From the NCBI GenBank assembly GCA_965228435.1, contig OZ245818.1, positions 6,841,518-6,905,517 on the forward strand: 64,000 nt of DNA, in the 5' to 3' direction. The notes beneath the pieces were generated by a model. That model was not told where the DNA came from and did no database searches. It worked only from the letters and a program-made list of their open reading frames with translations. Shown one piece after another: positions 36,264 through 46,300 of this stretch. Source of the DNA: Hoeflea sp. (GTDB lineage Bacteria; Pseudomonadota; Alphaproteobacteria; Rhizobiales; Rhizobiaceae). Each line of letters starts with the position of its first letter. Within the stretch, counting starts at the first letter, position 1. The position numbers were made by a program, and so were the translations under genes.

Positions 36264-38225
36264 ATGACCAATGATGCGGATGAAACGTTAAGAACAATCC
36301 ACCTGGCCGATCTGGTTCAGGTCAATGAAACGCAAAAATCCACTCAGAATGGCCAAAGGGTCATCGTGCTTGAGGACGGCAGGCTTCTTTTCTCATTCAA
36401 CAATGGTGGATTGGTGTGGCAGAGCGGCGTAAATGCCCGTGCCGCAAATGTAACGGATGATGGGAGCCTGGTGTTCGACCAGGAATTCCGAGTGAGCGAA
36501 CCGGCAGATTTTGCCCCGCATAATCCTGAAGTCTTGCAGCTTCCCGATGGCCGTCTGCTTTATTCCTATATCGGGTTCTACAATGATGGCAGTGGCACGT
36601 CAGTCATTGGTCGAGTTGCCAACCTGTCGGAGGAAGGATCGGTCACCTTCGGGGATGAGTTTCTGATCAATGAGCACGGTTACCACAATCAGTATTTTCA
36701 AAGGATGATTAAACTCGACGATGGTCGAGTTTTGTTTGCTTTCGAGACCTTCAGCGGTGTCGACGGTGACGACAGCTTTGGTGGAATATCAGCAAGGATA
36801 GGAACGGTCACCAGCGAGAATGAGGTGTCTTTTGGCGAGGAGTTTCGCGTCAATGAGGCGACTGAGTTGAGACAGGAAGACGTTCAAATCGTACAGCTCA
36901 CCGACGGCCGAATTCTGTTTGTCTATACGTCCACCATCAGCAATCCGCAGCATATTGTTGGCCGTGTGGGAACCCTTAATCCGGACGGATCGATGACTTT
37001 CGGCGACGAAGTATCGCTCGAAGATGTCGGCCCACAAGGACAACCCAAATTGACACTGCTTTCTGACGGTCAAGTGCTCTTTTCGTATGCACTTACAGGA
37101 TCACAAACCTACAGCGCCATAACGCGGTTCCTGACCGTCGGAGATGACGGGTCAATCAGTCTTGGTGAGAAAACCGTCCTCAACGAGCACTTTTACGGGC
37201 TCACCAGTGGATTGGAGATAGACACTCTTCCAGATGGTCGAATCCTATTCGTGTTTCGCACCAGCGATCCTGAAACGAATGTCGAAAACAATCCGCATTA
37301 CGACTCAAAGGGCGGTTTGGTAGGACAGTTTGTCTTGCCTGGCGAGAATGGTGGGCTGGAAGTTGGCGTCGCGTTCCGGCTTGATCCTTACTGGGCTGGG
37401 CATCAATGGGACGTTCAAGTCACACCAATCAGCAACGAACAACTTTTGTTGTCCTTTTCTACGCACCAAATGACAGAGGAAGGGTCGTTTACCGAGGATA
37501 TCTTGACACACATTGTGAAGCTCAATGGATTGGGGACATCGTCTGATGACACACTGATCGCGGCTTCGCCTGGGACCCTTGAAGGGCTTGATGGTGACGA
37601 CATCCTCGTTGGTTCGCCGGGTGCCGATACTTTCAACGGCGGCGCAGGAAACGACCTTATTACGGGAGGTGGTGGACACGATACCGTTGACTATCTGGTT
37701 CACCGGCAGTCGGTTTCGCTTGATCTCATAGACGACGGTAGCGTCTCCGTTGTCGAATCCGATGGTTCAGTCGACACGCTCAACGAAATTGAGCGCATAA
37801 ATTTCCTGGATGGTGATCTACTGTTCGACATGGACAGCCCCAATCTCGGCTTCACCTACCGCATCTACTCTGCAGGGTTTGGTCGCACGCCGGATGAAGG
37901 TGGCCTCCGCTTCTGGACCGAGGTCATGGATCAATTCGACATCGTTCAGCCGGATGTCGACAAGCAGCTTTTTTTGGCCAAACAGTTCCTGACCGCCGAC
38001 GAATATGTCGACCTATACGGCGCCAATCCAAGCAACGAACAATATGTCGGTGACCTGTATGTCAACGTGCTTGGCCGCTTGCCTGATCAGGACGGCTACG
38101 ACTTCTGGGTCTGGGTCATGGAACAGGGCTACAGCCGCGAGGAGATCCTCGTCTATTTTGCTGAAAGTGTCGAGAACACGGAGAAGACAGCACCGGATTT
38201 GGACGACGGCGTCTGGGTCACTTAA
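36264..38225 (+). CDS. Secreted/surface Ca-binding protein: 7 x ~59-aa repeats, RTX nonapeptides, C-terminal DUF4214-like domain
   Basis: Repeats of F(G)xEFxVNE...xxL.DGRxLF, GGAGNDLI/EGLDGDDIL RTX motifs, and YRIYSAGFGRTPDEGGLRFW...LYVNVLGRLPDQDGYDFW. No signal peptide. Confidence 0.85.
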   Translation: MTNDADETLRTIHLADLVQVNETQKSTQNGQRVIVLEDGRLLFSFNNGGLVWQSGVNARAANVTDDGSLVFDQEFRVSEPADFAPHNPEVLQLPDGRLLYSYIGFYNDGSGTSVIGRVANLSEEGSVTFGDEFLINEHGYHNQYFQRMIKLDDGRVLFAFETFSGVDGDDSFGGISARIGTVTSENEVSFGEEFRVNEATELRQEDVQIVQLTDGRILFVYTSTISNPQHIVGRVGTLNPDGSMTFGDEVSLEDVGPQGQPKLTLLSDGQVLFSYALTGSQTYSAITRFLTVGDDGSISLGEKTVLNEHFYGLTSGLEIDTLPDGRILFVFRTSDPETNVENNPHYDSKGGLVGQFVLPGENGGLEVGVAFRLDPYWAGHQWDVQVTPISNEQLLLSFSTHQMTEEGSFTEDILTHIVKLNGLGTSSDDTLIAASPGTLEGLDGDDILVGSPGADTFNGGAGNDLITGGGGHDTVDYLVHRQSVSLDLIDDGSVSVVESDGSVDTLNEIERINFLDGDLLFDMDSPNLGFTYRIYSAGFGRTPDEGGLRFWTEVMDQFDIVQPDVDKQLFLAKQFLTADEYVDLYGANPSNEQYVGDLYVNVLGRLPDQDGYDFWVWVMEQGYSREEILVYFAESVENTEKTAPDLDDGVWVT

Positions 38226-38282
38226 CTCGATCCCAAGCAACTCGACTGGTGCCGATTTACTGTAATAATTCATGCTGCTATC

Positions 38283-39458
38283 GTGAACGCAGGCAGGTGT
38301 AATCGGATCAGTATATTGCTACGGGCGGAAGTTCCAGAAAAACTGCTATCTTTACTTTATGCAACCCAGACGGACAAAGCAGCCTGGCAACCGTTTGTCG
38401 ATGGGCTCAACGCCCAGTCGTCTGTCCCCATCATGATGTTCGGTCACAACTTGCAAACCAATGAGGGGATCGGCCTTATCGCAGCAGGCCTGCGACCAGA
38501 TGAGATCAGTCGATACCAATCAGATTTCGCCGACAAAAACCCCTGGATGCACATGAACATCGTGATGCCGACGGGGACGGTGGGTGTTTCCGATCAGGCG
38601 CTTGAGCGTCGCGATCTTTTCAAAACCGAATTCTACAACGATTGGCTGCGCCGCCAGGAGGATATCGTCGCAGGCCCGTTCATGATGTGTCACCGGACAG
38701 CCACAACTTTCGTTGGGATCGCCGCTGCCTGCCAGCACCGAAATGTGGACACCACGCTCCCAAAGGCCCATGCCCTTGTCGAAGCGCTGGCACCGCATCT
38801 GCTCAGGGCCATCAATTACTCAACGCTGCTGACCAATGCACCAGAGCAGGCCTTCAGCCATCTGCATGCCACGCCTCACGCAGTGTTCCTTTTGACCCGA
38901 AGCGGTCGGCTCAGTTTCATTAACCGGTCGGCGGTCGAGTTCAAGGCACGCCATTCCATCGTGTCCGTAACCCCGAAAAATCACCTGGTCTCCAGTGATA
39001 CGGCCATTTCGGCATTTCTGGCGCGACTTGCGGTTTCGATGGCCTCCGGGCAATCCAGCCAACTGCCCTCGCCTCTGCTATTCCACCAGGCGGAGGCGCA
39101 GCGATTCGTGTTCCACGCCCACCTGTTTCCCGATCAATCCCAAGCGACATTTCCCTCCGTGGCATGGTGCGATCCAGTTGTCGGTGCGGTCGTCATCACC
39201 GGTGGTTATGTGTTCGAAAACCCGAATGGGGTTAATCGGTTGGCTCGTTCTTTTGGCGCTACGCCTGCGGAGGCCAAGCTAGCGCAATCCGTCTATAACG
39301 GCATGAGCATGAACGAGTATGCCGATGCGAACGAACTCAGCCGGCATACGGTCCGTAACCAGATGCGTTCATTGATGCATAAGTTTGATTGCCGTGGGCA
39401 GCTCGAATTGCTGCATTACATCTCAAGCCTCTTGTCGCCCTTCTCGATCGACAACTGA
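38283..39458 (+). CDS. LuxR-type HTH transcriptional regulator with GAF/PAS-like N-terminal region
   Basis: C-terminal FGATPAEAKLAQSVYNGMSMNEYADANELSRHTVRNQMRSLMHKFDCRGQLEL, and internal TEFYNDWLRRQ motif. GTG start is approximate. Confidence 0.85.
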   Translation: MNAGRCNRISILLRAEVPEKLLSLLYATQTDKAAWQPFVDGLNAQSSVPIMMFGHNLQTNEGIGLIAAGLRPDEISRYQSDFADKNPWMHMNIVMPTGTVGVSDQALERRDLFKTEFYNDWLRRQEDIVAGPFMMCHRTATTFVGIAAACQHRNVDTTLPKAHALVEALAPHLLRAINYSTLLTNAPEQAFSHLHATPHAVFLLTRSGRLSFINRSAVEFKARHSIVSVTPKNHLVSSDTAISAFLARLAVSMASGQSSQLPSPLLFHQAEAQRFVFHAHLFPDQSQATFPSVAWCDPVVGAVVITGGYVFENPNGVNRLARSFGATPAEAKLAQSVYNGMSMNEYADANELSRHTVRNQMRSLMHKFDCRGQLELLHYISSLLSPFSIDN

Positions 39459-39531
39459 GCTCCATTGACGGCGGCGATCCAGCCGGTTGCACCGCCGAAA
39501 TCTGCTCCAATCACACAACCTTTCATTTCGT

Positions 39532-39551
39532 CATGACGCAATTGCGTCATG
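39532..39551. promoter_or_regulatory. Perfect 20-bp palindrome, candidate operator
   Basis: CATGACGCAA|TTGCGTCATG is an exact self-reverse-complement, 134 bp upstream of ATG 39686. Confidence 0.7.
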
Positions 39552-39685
39552 CGCCTGCCGGAACCTCCGCCCTACCGTCTGCCATACGGAGCGGACGGTC
39601 CTGAAAACGGGTCTCGTGCCGCAGAAAGACAACCATTTCGACGCGGTCGCTTCTGGTGCCGCGGAAGGAAATCGAACGGACACCA

Positions 39686-42600
39686 ATGACCAATTCACAA
39701 TCGCAAGCAATCAATTCAACCGGCATCGTTCGCCTGACGGCGGAGGTGCGCGTCAACCAATTCACCACCAATGATCAACACGACGCCAAACTGTTGCATC
39801 TTGCTGACGGACGCGTCGCCTTCAGCTACACAACGGAAGACAACGAGAACGGTGATTCCGGCGAGAGCATTGCCCTGCGCCTTGGCACGGTCCAGGCGGA
39901 CGGATCGATTTCATTCGGGGACGAAATCCGTGTGAACGAACACACGGATGGATTTCAGCGCTCCTCCACCTTGATCCAACTGGCGGACAGACGCCTTCTC
40001 TTTACATTTCGAACGGATTCGACAGTCGACGGCGACACCAGCAACGCTGGAATCGCGGCGCGGCTGGGTACTCTCGAAGCCGACGGTTCGGTTACGTTCG
40101 GAGACGAGTTCCGGGTCAATGAACATACATCCGGATTTCAGCAAAACCCACAGGTAACCCAACTTGCCGACGGTCGTGTGCTGTTCACCTTCGCGACTGA
40201 TGACAGCACGGATGGCGATTCCGACTCCAGTGGGATTGCGGGCAGAATCGGAGTTCTCAACGGCGACGGGACGATTTCGCTGGCTGATGAGTTCCGGGTC
40301 AATGCAGTAACCGCAGGCGGCCAATATGCGCCACAGGTGACGCAGATCGCCGACGGCCGCGTCGTATTTCTGTTCGACACGACCGACGCCGACGCCGCCG
40401 GTATCGGGGCGCGTGTCGGCACGGTCAACGCAGACGGAAGCGTCACCTTCAGCGATGAGCTTGGAGTCAACGAACACACCACGAGCGTTCAGTCTTTTCC
40501 GCAAATCTTGAAGCTGGCGGACGGCCGCATCCTGTCCGTGTTCATGACGCTGGACAACAGTGACGGGGACACAAGTGGATTCGGCATCTCAGCCCGGCTC
40601 GGATCGGTGAATGCCGACGGATCGATAACGTTCGGTGACGAATTTCGGGTGAACCAGCAGGTGTTCAGCACCCAGTCGGACCCGGAAGTGATACAGTTAC
40701 AGGACGGGCGGTTGCTGTTTGTCTTCGTAACGGATTTGCGGGGGATTGACGGCGACATCGATGGCAGGAGCATTTCCGCACGCATCGGCACCCTGGAGGC
40801 CGACGGGTCTGTCAGCTTATCGGCTGAATTCCGGGTCAACGAGCAAATCGACGGCAATCAAAACGATCCCGAACTCACACAGCTAGCCGACGGCCGTGTT
40901 TTGATCAGCTTTAGTTCGTTCGACGACACCTTGGGCGACGGTTCCGGGGAAAGCGTCTCAACCCGGCTGATCGAGATCGATGGCACCGCATCCGATCAAT
41001 CGGAAACGCTGATTGCAGTTGAGCCGATTCAGTCTTTGAACGGAGGAGACGGAGATGATTTGCTCATCGGGTTCACCACGGACGAAACGATGTCCGGAGG
41101 AGCGGGAAGCGATACCTTTCTCTGGCGGGTCGGTGGCGGCCGTGACGTCATTGACGGCGGCAATGGAGCCGGGATCGACAGCGTAGAGCTGTTGGGCAGT
41201 CTGGCTCTTAATACGTTCGTCATCCTTTCCGGCACCGACGCCGGTATACAGCTCGGCTACGTCGGAACCGCGGACATGGTCGTTCTCCACAATGGTGCGA
41301 TTGTCAGCGAGCTGACCGATATTGAGCAGCTGAGGTTGCTCGGGCTTGGCGGCAACGACCTGATGTTCGGCGGCGATAGCGACGAGGAGTTCATCTGGAG
41401 GGCCGGCGACGGACATGATCAAGTCGACGGCGGCGCTGAATCAACCGGCGACACGATGACCATCCTCGGCAACAACGAAGACGAGGTGTTCGATATCTTC
41501 TCCAATGCCGCAGCCGCCTCTGACATCGACTATCAGGGACCCGCCGAGATCATTTTGGCCCGCAACGGTTTCATCAGCGCTGAGATCGATGACATCGAGG
41601 AGATTGTCGTTGACGGAGGTGGTGGAGAAAACACGTTCAACATCAAGGGTTCTTTTGCCGGCACAAGTCTTTCAACCTCCACAATCACGCTTATCGGATC
41701 GTCACAGGACGACGTTGTGAATGCATCCGAACTGGCTTCGCCCCATCGCCTCATCTTTTTTGCCAATGGCGGAGATGACGACGTATTCGGCGACAGAAAT
41801 CAGGATTTGATCGACGTCACCGGCAGAACGGTGTCCGGTGTCGAAGAAATCGAACCAGACCGTTTCCGGATTGTCCTGGACGATGGCTCTTCTATCTCTT
41901 ACTCGCTGGCAGCGAAGCTGGTCGAGAATGCCGGGACCGATCAGCAAATCTCTGTCAATCTCGCACCGTTCGCGGGCGACGACGCAGCAGCGACCGACGA
42001 AGACACGCCGATCGATGTACCAGCCGGCAATGGCCTGCTTGCAAACGATTTTGACCTCGATGGCGGCATCCTCGCGATCACCAAGATCGACGGGACAGAA
42101 GTCGTGTTCGGCGTTGAACGATCACTGGCCTCGGGCGCCACACTCATCGTCAACGCAGACGGATCGTATCGCTATGATCCGAATGGTCAGTTTGAGGCAC
42201 TGAACGCGGGTCAGGCTGCCGAAGATAGTTTCACATACCTTGTGGAGGACGGCCAAGGCGGAAGCGCTGCAGCAGAAGTCATCATCCAGATCTCCGGCGT
42301 CACCGATACAGGTGGCACCGTCATCCAGGGCACACCTGACAACGACATTCTTGAAGGTACGGCATCCGACGATACCATTCTGGCCTTGGCCGGCGACGAT
42401 CTCATCATGGGTGGAGCGGGGTTCGACATTATCGATGGAGATGAAGGTCTCGACAGTGTCGAATATGACATGACGCGTGGCGATATCGTTCAAGATTCCC
42501 AAGCTGATGGCAGTCTGTTGCTCGGCAAACCGGGTGGAGGCACGGACACGCTGATCGACATCGAGCGGATCGTACTTGATGATGGCAACCTGCTTTTCGA

Positions 42601-42997
42601 TCTGCAGAGTCAAAACCTCGGCTTTACATACCGTATCTACGCTGCGGCCTACGGGCGAACACCCGACGAAGGCGGACTGCGTTTCTGGACAGGTGTCCTG
42701 GACTCCTTCGACGCAAATGATCCCGGCCGCAACAAGGAGCTGTTTCTGGCCGAACAGTTTCTTGCGGCCGACGAATTCATCCAGCTCTACGGTGCCAACC
42801 CCACCAACGAAGAATATATCGAAGCAATGTATCTAAATGTTCTGAAGCGTTTGCCCGATCAGGCAGGCTATGATTTCTGGGTCGGTGGAATGGAGGGAGG
42901 ACTGGGCCGCGACGACATTCTCATCGCATTTGCTCAAAGCGACGAGAACCGCGACAATACCGCGCCTGACATCGATGACGGGGTTTGGGTGACCTGA
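39686..42997 (+). CDS. Large secreted/surface adhesin-like protein: 7 x ~60-aa repeats, RTX motifs, cadherin-like/VCBS Ig domain, DUF4214-like C-terminus
   Basis: Seven DEFRVNEHT..Q..PQVTQLADGRVLF units, GGDGDDLL/GGAGSDTF motifs, Ig-like APFAGDDAAATDEDTPI...DSFTYLVEDGQGG, and DUF4214-like YRIYAAAYGRTPDEGGLRFW. Confidence 0.87.
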   Translation: MTNSQSQAINSTGIVRLTAEVRVNQFTTNDQHDAKLLHLADGRVAFSYTTEDNENGDSGESIALRLGTVQADGSISFGDEIRVNEHTDGFQRSSTLIQLADRRLLFTFRTDSTVDGDTSNAGIAARLGTLEADGSVTFGDEFRVNEHTSGFQQNPQVTQLADGRVLFTFATDDSTDGDSDSSGIAGRIGVLNGDGTISLADEFRVNAVTAGGQYAPQVTQIADGRVVFLFDTTDADAAGIGARVGTVNADGSVTFSDELGVNEHTTSVQSFPQILKLADGRILSVFMTLDNSDGDTSGFGISARLGSVNADGSITFGDEFRVNQQVFSTQSDPEVIQLQDGRLLFVFVTDLRGIDGDIDGRSISARIGTLEADGSVSLSAEFRVNEQIDGNQNDPELTQLADGRVLISFSSFDDTLGDGSGESVSTRLIEIDGTASDQSETLIAVEPIQSLNGGDGDDLLIGFTTDETMSGGAGSDTFLWRVGGGRDVIDGGNGAGIDSVELLGSLALNTFVILSGTDAGIQLGYVGTADMVVLHNGAIVSELTDIEQLRLLGLGGNDLMFGGDSDEEFIWRAGDGHDQVDGGAESTGDTMTILGNNEDEVFDIFSNAAAASDIDYQGPAEIILARNGFISAEIDDIEEIVVDGGGGENTFNIKGSFAGTSLSTSTITLIGSSQDDVVNASELASPHRLIFFANGGDDDVFGDRNQDLIDVTGRTVSGVEEIEPDRFRIVLDDGSSISYSLAAKLVENAGTDQQISVNLAPFAGDDAAATDEDTPIDVPAGNGLLANDFDLDGGILAITKIDGTEVVFGVERSLASGATLIVNADGSYRYDPNGQFEALNAGQAAEDSFTYLVEDGQGGSAAAEVIIQISGVTDTGGTVIQGTPDNDILEGTASDDTILALAGDDLIMGGAGFDIIDGDEGLDSVEYDMTRGDIVQDSQADGSLLLGKPGGGTDTLIDIERIVLDDGNLLFDLQSQNLGFTYRIYAAAYGRTPDEGGLRFWTGVLDSFDANDPGRNKELFLAEQFLAADEFIQLYGANPTNEEYIEAMYLNVLKRLPDQAGYDFWVGGMEGGLGRDDILIAFAQSDENRDNTAPDIDDGVWVT

Positions 42998-43317
42998 AGG
43001 TCTCGACCGCCAACACGGAAAAGCGCAGGATCACTTCGAGGCAAAGCGGCCATCGAATTCTGCCATTGCGTAGCATGCGTTGCTATGGTTTCGTCAGCGC
43101 TATTCGCCCAGCCGCTCGCCGGCTTCCTCGGCCAGGCAGGCCGAAACGGTCTGAAACAGGATCAGGAAAACAGCGGCACCCAGGAAACTCGCGCCGATTC
43201 ATCACCGCTTATCCAGACCGATTTCGTGACCGAATTATGCTGGCTCTCGCTCAATCGTGACACGCTGTACACATTGCCAGTTCTTCTCTCGCGCCCCTTT
43301 CGACCATGGCTTAACGC

Positions 43318-43347
43318 AAAAAGCCCCGGCACTATGACCGGGGCTTT
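43318..43347 (-). terminator. Intrinsic terminator of rpoC (possibly bidirectional)
   Basis: AAAGCCCCGG-cactatga-CCGGGGCTTT. The A-run on the left gives a U-tract on the minus strand, 20 bp after the rpoC stop. Confidence 0.88.
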
Positions 43348-43367
43348 GCAACTTGTTTTCAGCGGCT

Positions 43368-46300
43368 TTATTCGCCGGCAGGCGCACTGGCCGGCTCCTC
43401 GCTGAGATCTGCCAGCATCGGGCCAGCATCTTCCAGGCCGGCTGTCTTCTTGCGTTCCTCGAGAATGAGGTCGTCACGCGAAGTGGCGATGCGGCGGATC
43501 TGGTTCATAGCGCCACCGGTACCGGCCGGGATCAGCCGGCCAACGATGACGTTCTCCTTCAGACCCTGCAGAGCGTCCATCTTGCCCGCAACAGCAGCTT
43601 CCGTCAGAACCTTCGTCGTTTCCTGGAAGGAAGCAGCGGAGATGAAGGACGGCGTTTGCAGCGATGCCTTGGTGATGCCAAGCAACACCGGATCTCCGCT
43701 TGCCGGCTTCTTGCCTTCTTCGGCCAAGCGCTCGTTGGCGATTTCCAGTTCGATGCGATCGACATTGTCGCCGACGATGTAGGCGGAATCACCGGCATCG
43801 GTGATTTCAACCTTCTGCAGCATCTGCCGGACAATCACCTCGATGTGCTTGTCGTTGATTAGAACGCCCTGAAGCCGGTAGACCTCCTGGATCTCGTTGA
43901 CGAGATAAGAAGCCAGTGCCTCGACACCCTTGATGGCAAGGATATCGTGCGGTGCAGGATTGCCGTCGAGAATATAGTCGCCCTTTTCGATGGCATCACC
44001 GTCCTGCAGATGGAACGGCTTGCCCTTCGGAATCAGGTATTCGACTGCCTCTTCACCGTCCTCGTGCGGCTCGATCATGATGCGGCGCTTGTTCTTGTAA
44101 TCGCGCCCGAACCGGATCGTACCGTCGATTTCGGCAATGATGGCGTGGTCCTTGGGCCGGCGTGCCTCGAAGAGTTCGGCAACACGCGGCAGACCACCGG
44201 TGATGTCTTTGGTCTTCGCGCTTTCCAGCGGGATACGTGCCAGAACGTCACCTTCCGAGGCCTTGGAGCCGGGCTCCACCGACAGGATGGCATCCACTGA
44301 CAGCTGGAAGCGTGCCTCGCCGCCGCGGCTGAGCTTGGCGACCTTGCCGTCCTTGCCCTTGATCACGATGGCCGGCTTCAGGTCAGCGCCACGCGGCGTC
44401 GACCGCCAGTCGATGACCTGACGCTTGGTGATACCCGTCGTTTCGTCGGTCGACTCGGAGACTGAAACGCCGTCAACGACATCTTCGAACTCCACAGTAC
44501 CGGCGACTTCCGTCATCATCGGACGTGTATATGGGTCCCATTCGGCAAGGCGCTGACCGCGCTTGACCTCATCACCATCATCAACGTGGATGCGCGAGCC
44601 ATAGGCAACGCGCTGCGATGAACGCTCGACACCCTGTTCATCAAGGATCTGGATCGACATGCTACGACCCATGGCAACCAGGTTGCCTTCGGAGTTGCGC
44701 AGGATGTTGCGGTTCTTGATCCGCACCTTGCCTTCGTAAGAAGCTTCCAGGAAGGACTGGTCGACCACGGTGGCTGTGCCGCCAAGGTGGAAGGTACGCA
44801 TGGTCAGCTGCGTGCCGGGCTCACCGATGGACTGGGCGGCGATGACGCCGACAGCTTCACCGATATTGACCGGCGTACCACGAGCAAGGTCGCGGCCGTA
44901 ACACGTGGCACAGACACCGTTCTGGACTTCGCAGGTCAGCGCCGAGCGGATCTTGACCGACTGGATGTTGGCGGCCTCGATTGCAGCCACATCCGACTCT
45001 TCGATCATCTTGCCACCGGCAACCAGCACGTCGCCGGTCTGCGGGTGAACAACATCCTCGAGCGCGGTGCGACCAAGGATGCGCTGACCAATGGAAGCAA
45101 CAACCTGACCGGCATCGACGATCGCCGTCATGGTCAGACCGTTTTCGGTACCGCAATCGGTCTGGGTTACGATGCAGTCCTGAGCGACGTCGACCAGACG
45201 ACGCGTCAGATAGCCGGAGTTGGCCGTCTTCAAGGCCGTGTCCGCCAGACCCTTACGGGCGCCGTGGGTCGAGTTGAAGTACTCGTTCACGGTCAGGCCT
45301 TCTTTGAAGTTCGACGTGATCGGCGTTTCGATGATCTCACCGGACGGCTTGGCCATCAGGCCGCGCATGCCGCCGAGCTGACGCATCTGGTTGGCCGAAC
45401 CACGGGCACCGGAGTGACTCATCATGTAGATCGAGTTCATCGGCTTCTGGCGGCCGTTGTCGTCAAATTCGATGGCGCGGATGCGACCCATCATCTCGTC
45501 GGCAACCTTTTCGGTGGCCTTGCCCCAGGCATCAACGACCTTGTTATACTTTTCGCCCTGAGTGATCAGGCCGTCATTGTACTGCTGCTCGTATTCCTTC
45601 ACGAGCATCTCGGTCTCATTGACAATCTTGGACTTGGCATCCGGGATGACCATGTCGTCCTTGCCGAAGGAAATGCCGGCGCGGCAGGCGTGGCCAAAGC
45701 CAAGCTGCATGATCCGGTCACAGAAAATGACCGTCTCTTTCTGGCCGCAGTGGCGGTAGACCGTGTCGATCATCTTGGAGATGTTCTTCTTGGTCATTTC
45801 CTGGTTACAGATGTCGAACGGCACGTTGACATTGCGCGGCAGCAACTCACCGATGATCATGCGGCCAGGCGTCGTCTCGAAGATGGCAGAGACTTCGTTG
45901 CCCTCGGCATCCACCGTCTTGAAGCGGCCCTTGATCTTGGCGTGCAGCGTGACGACCTTGTTTTCGAGCGCGTGGTGCAGTTCGCCCATGTCGGCAAAGA
46001 CCATGCCCTCGCCCGGCTCGTTCTCGTTCATGATCGAGAGGTAATAAAGACCTAGGACCATGTCCTGCGACGGCACGATGATCGGTGCACCGTTGGCCGG
46101 GTGCAGGATGTTGTTGGTCGACATCATCAGCACGCGGGCTTCCAGCTGTGCTTCCAGCGAAAGTGGCACGTGCACAGCCATCTGGTCGCCGTCGAAGTCA
46201 GCGTTGAAGGCGGTGCAAACGAGCGGATGCAGCTGAATGGCCTTACCCTCGACCAGAACCGGTTCGAAGGCCTGGATGCCGAGACGGTGCAAGGTTGGCG

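Noticed and set aside
36264-42997. Diversity-generating retroelement or phase-variation cassette behind the repeat diversity
   Set aside because: There is no reverse transcriptase or invertase in the window, and no near-identical template/variable repeat pair differing only at adenines. The repeats are diverged at all codon positions.
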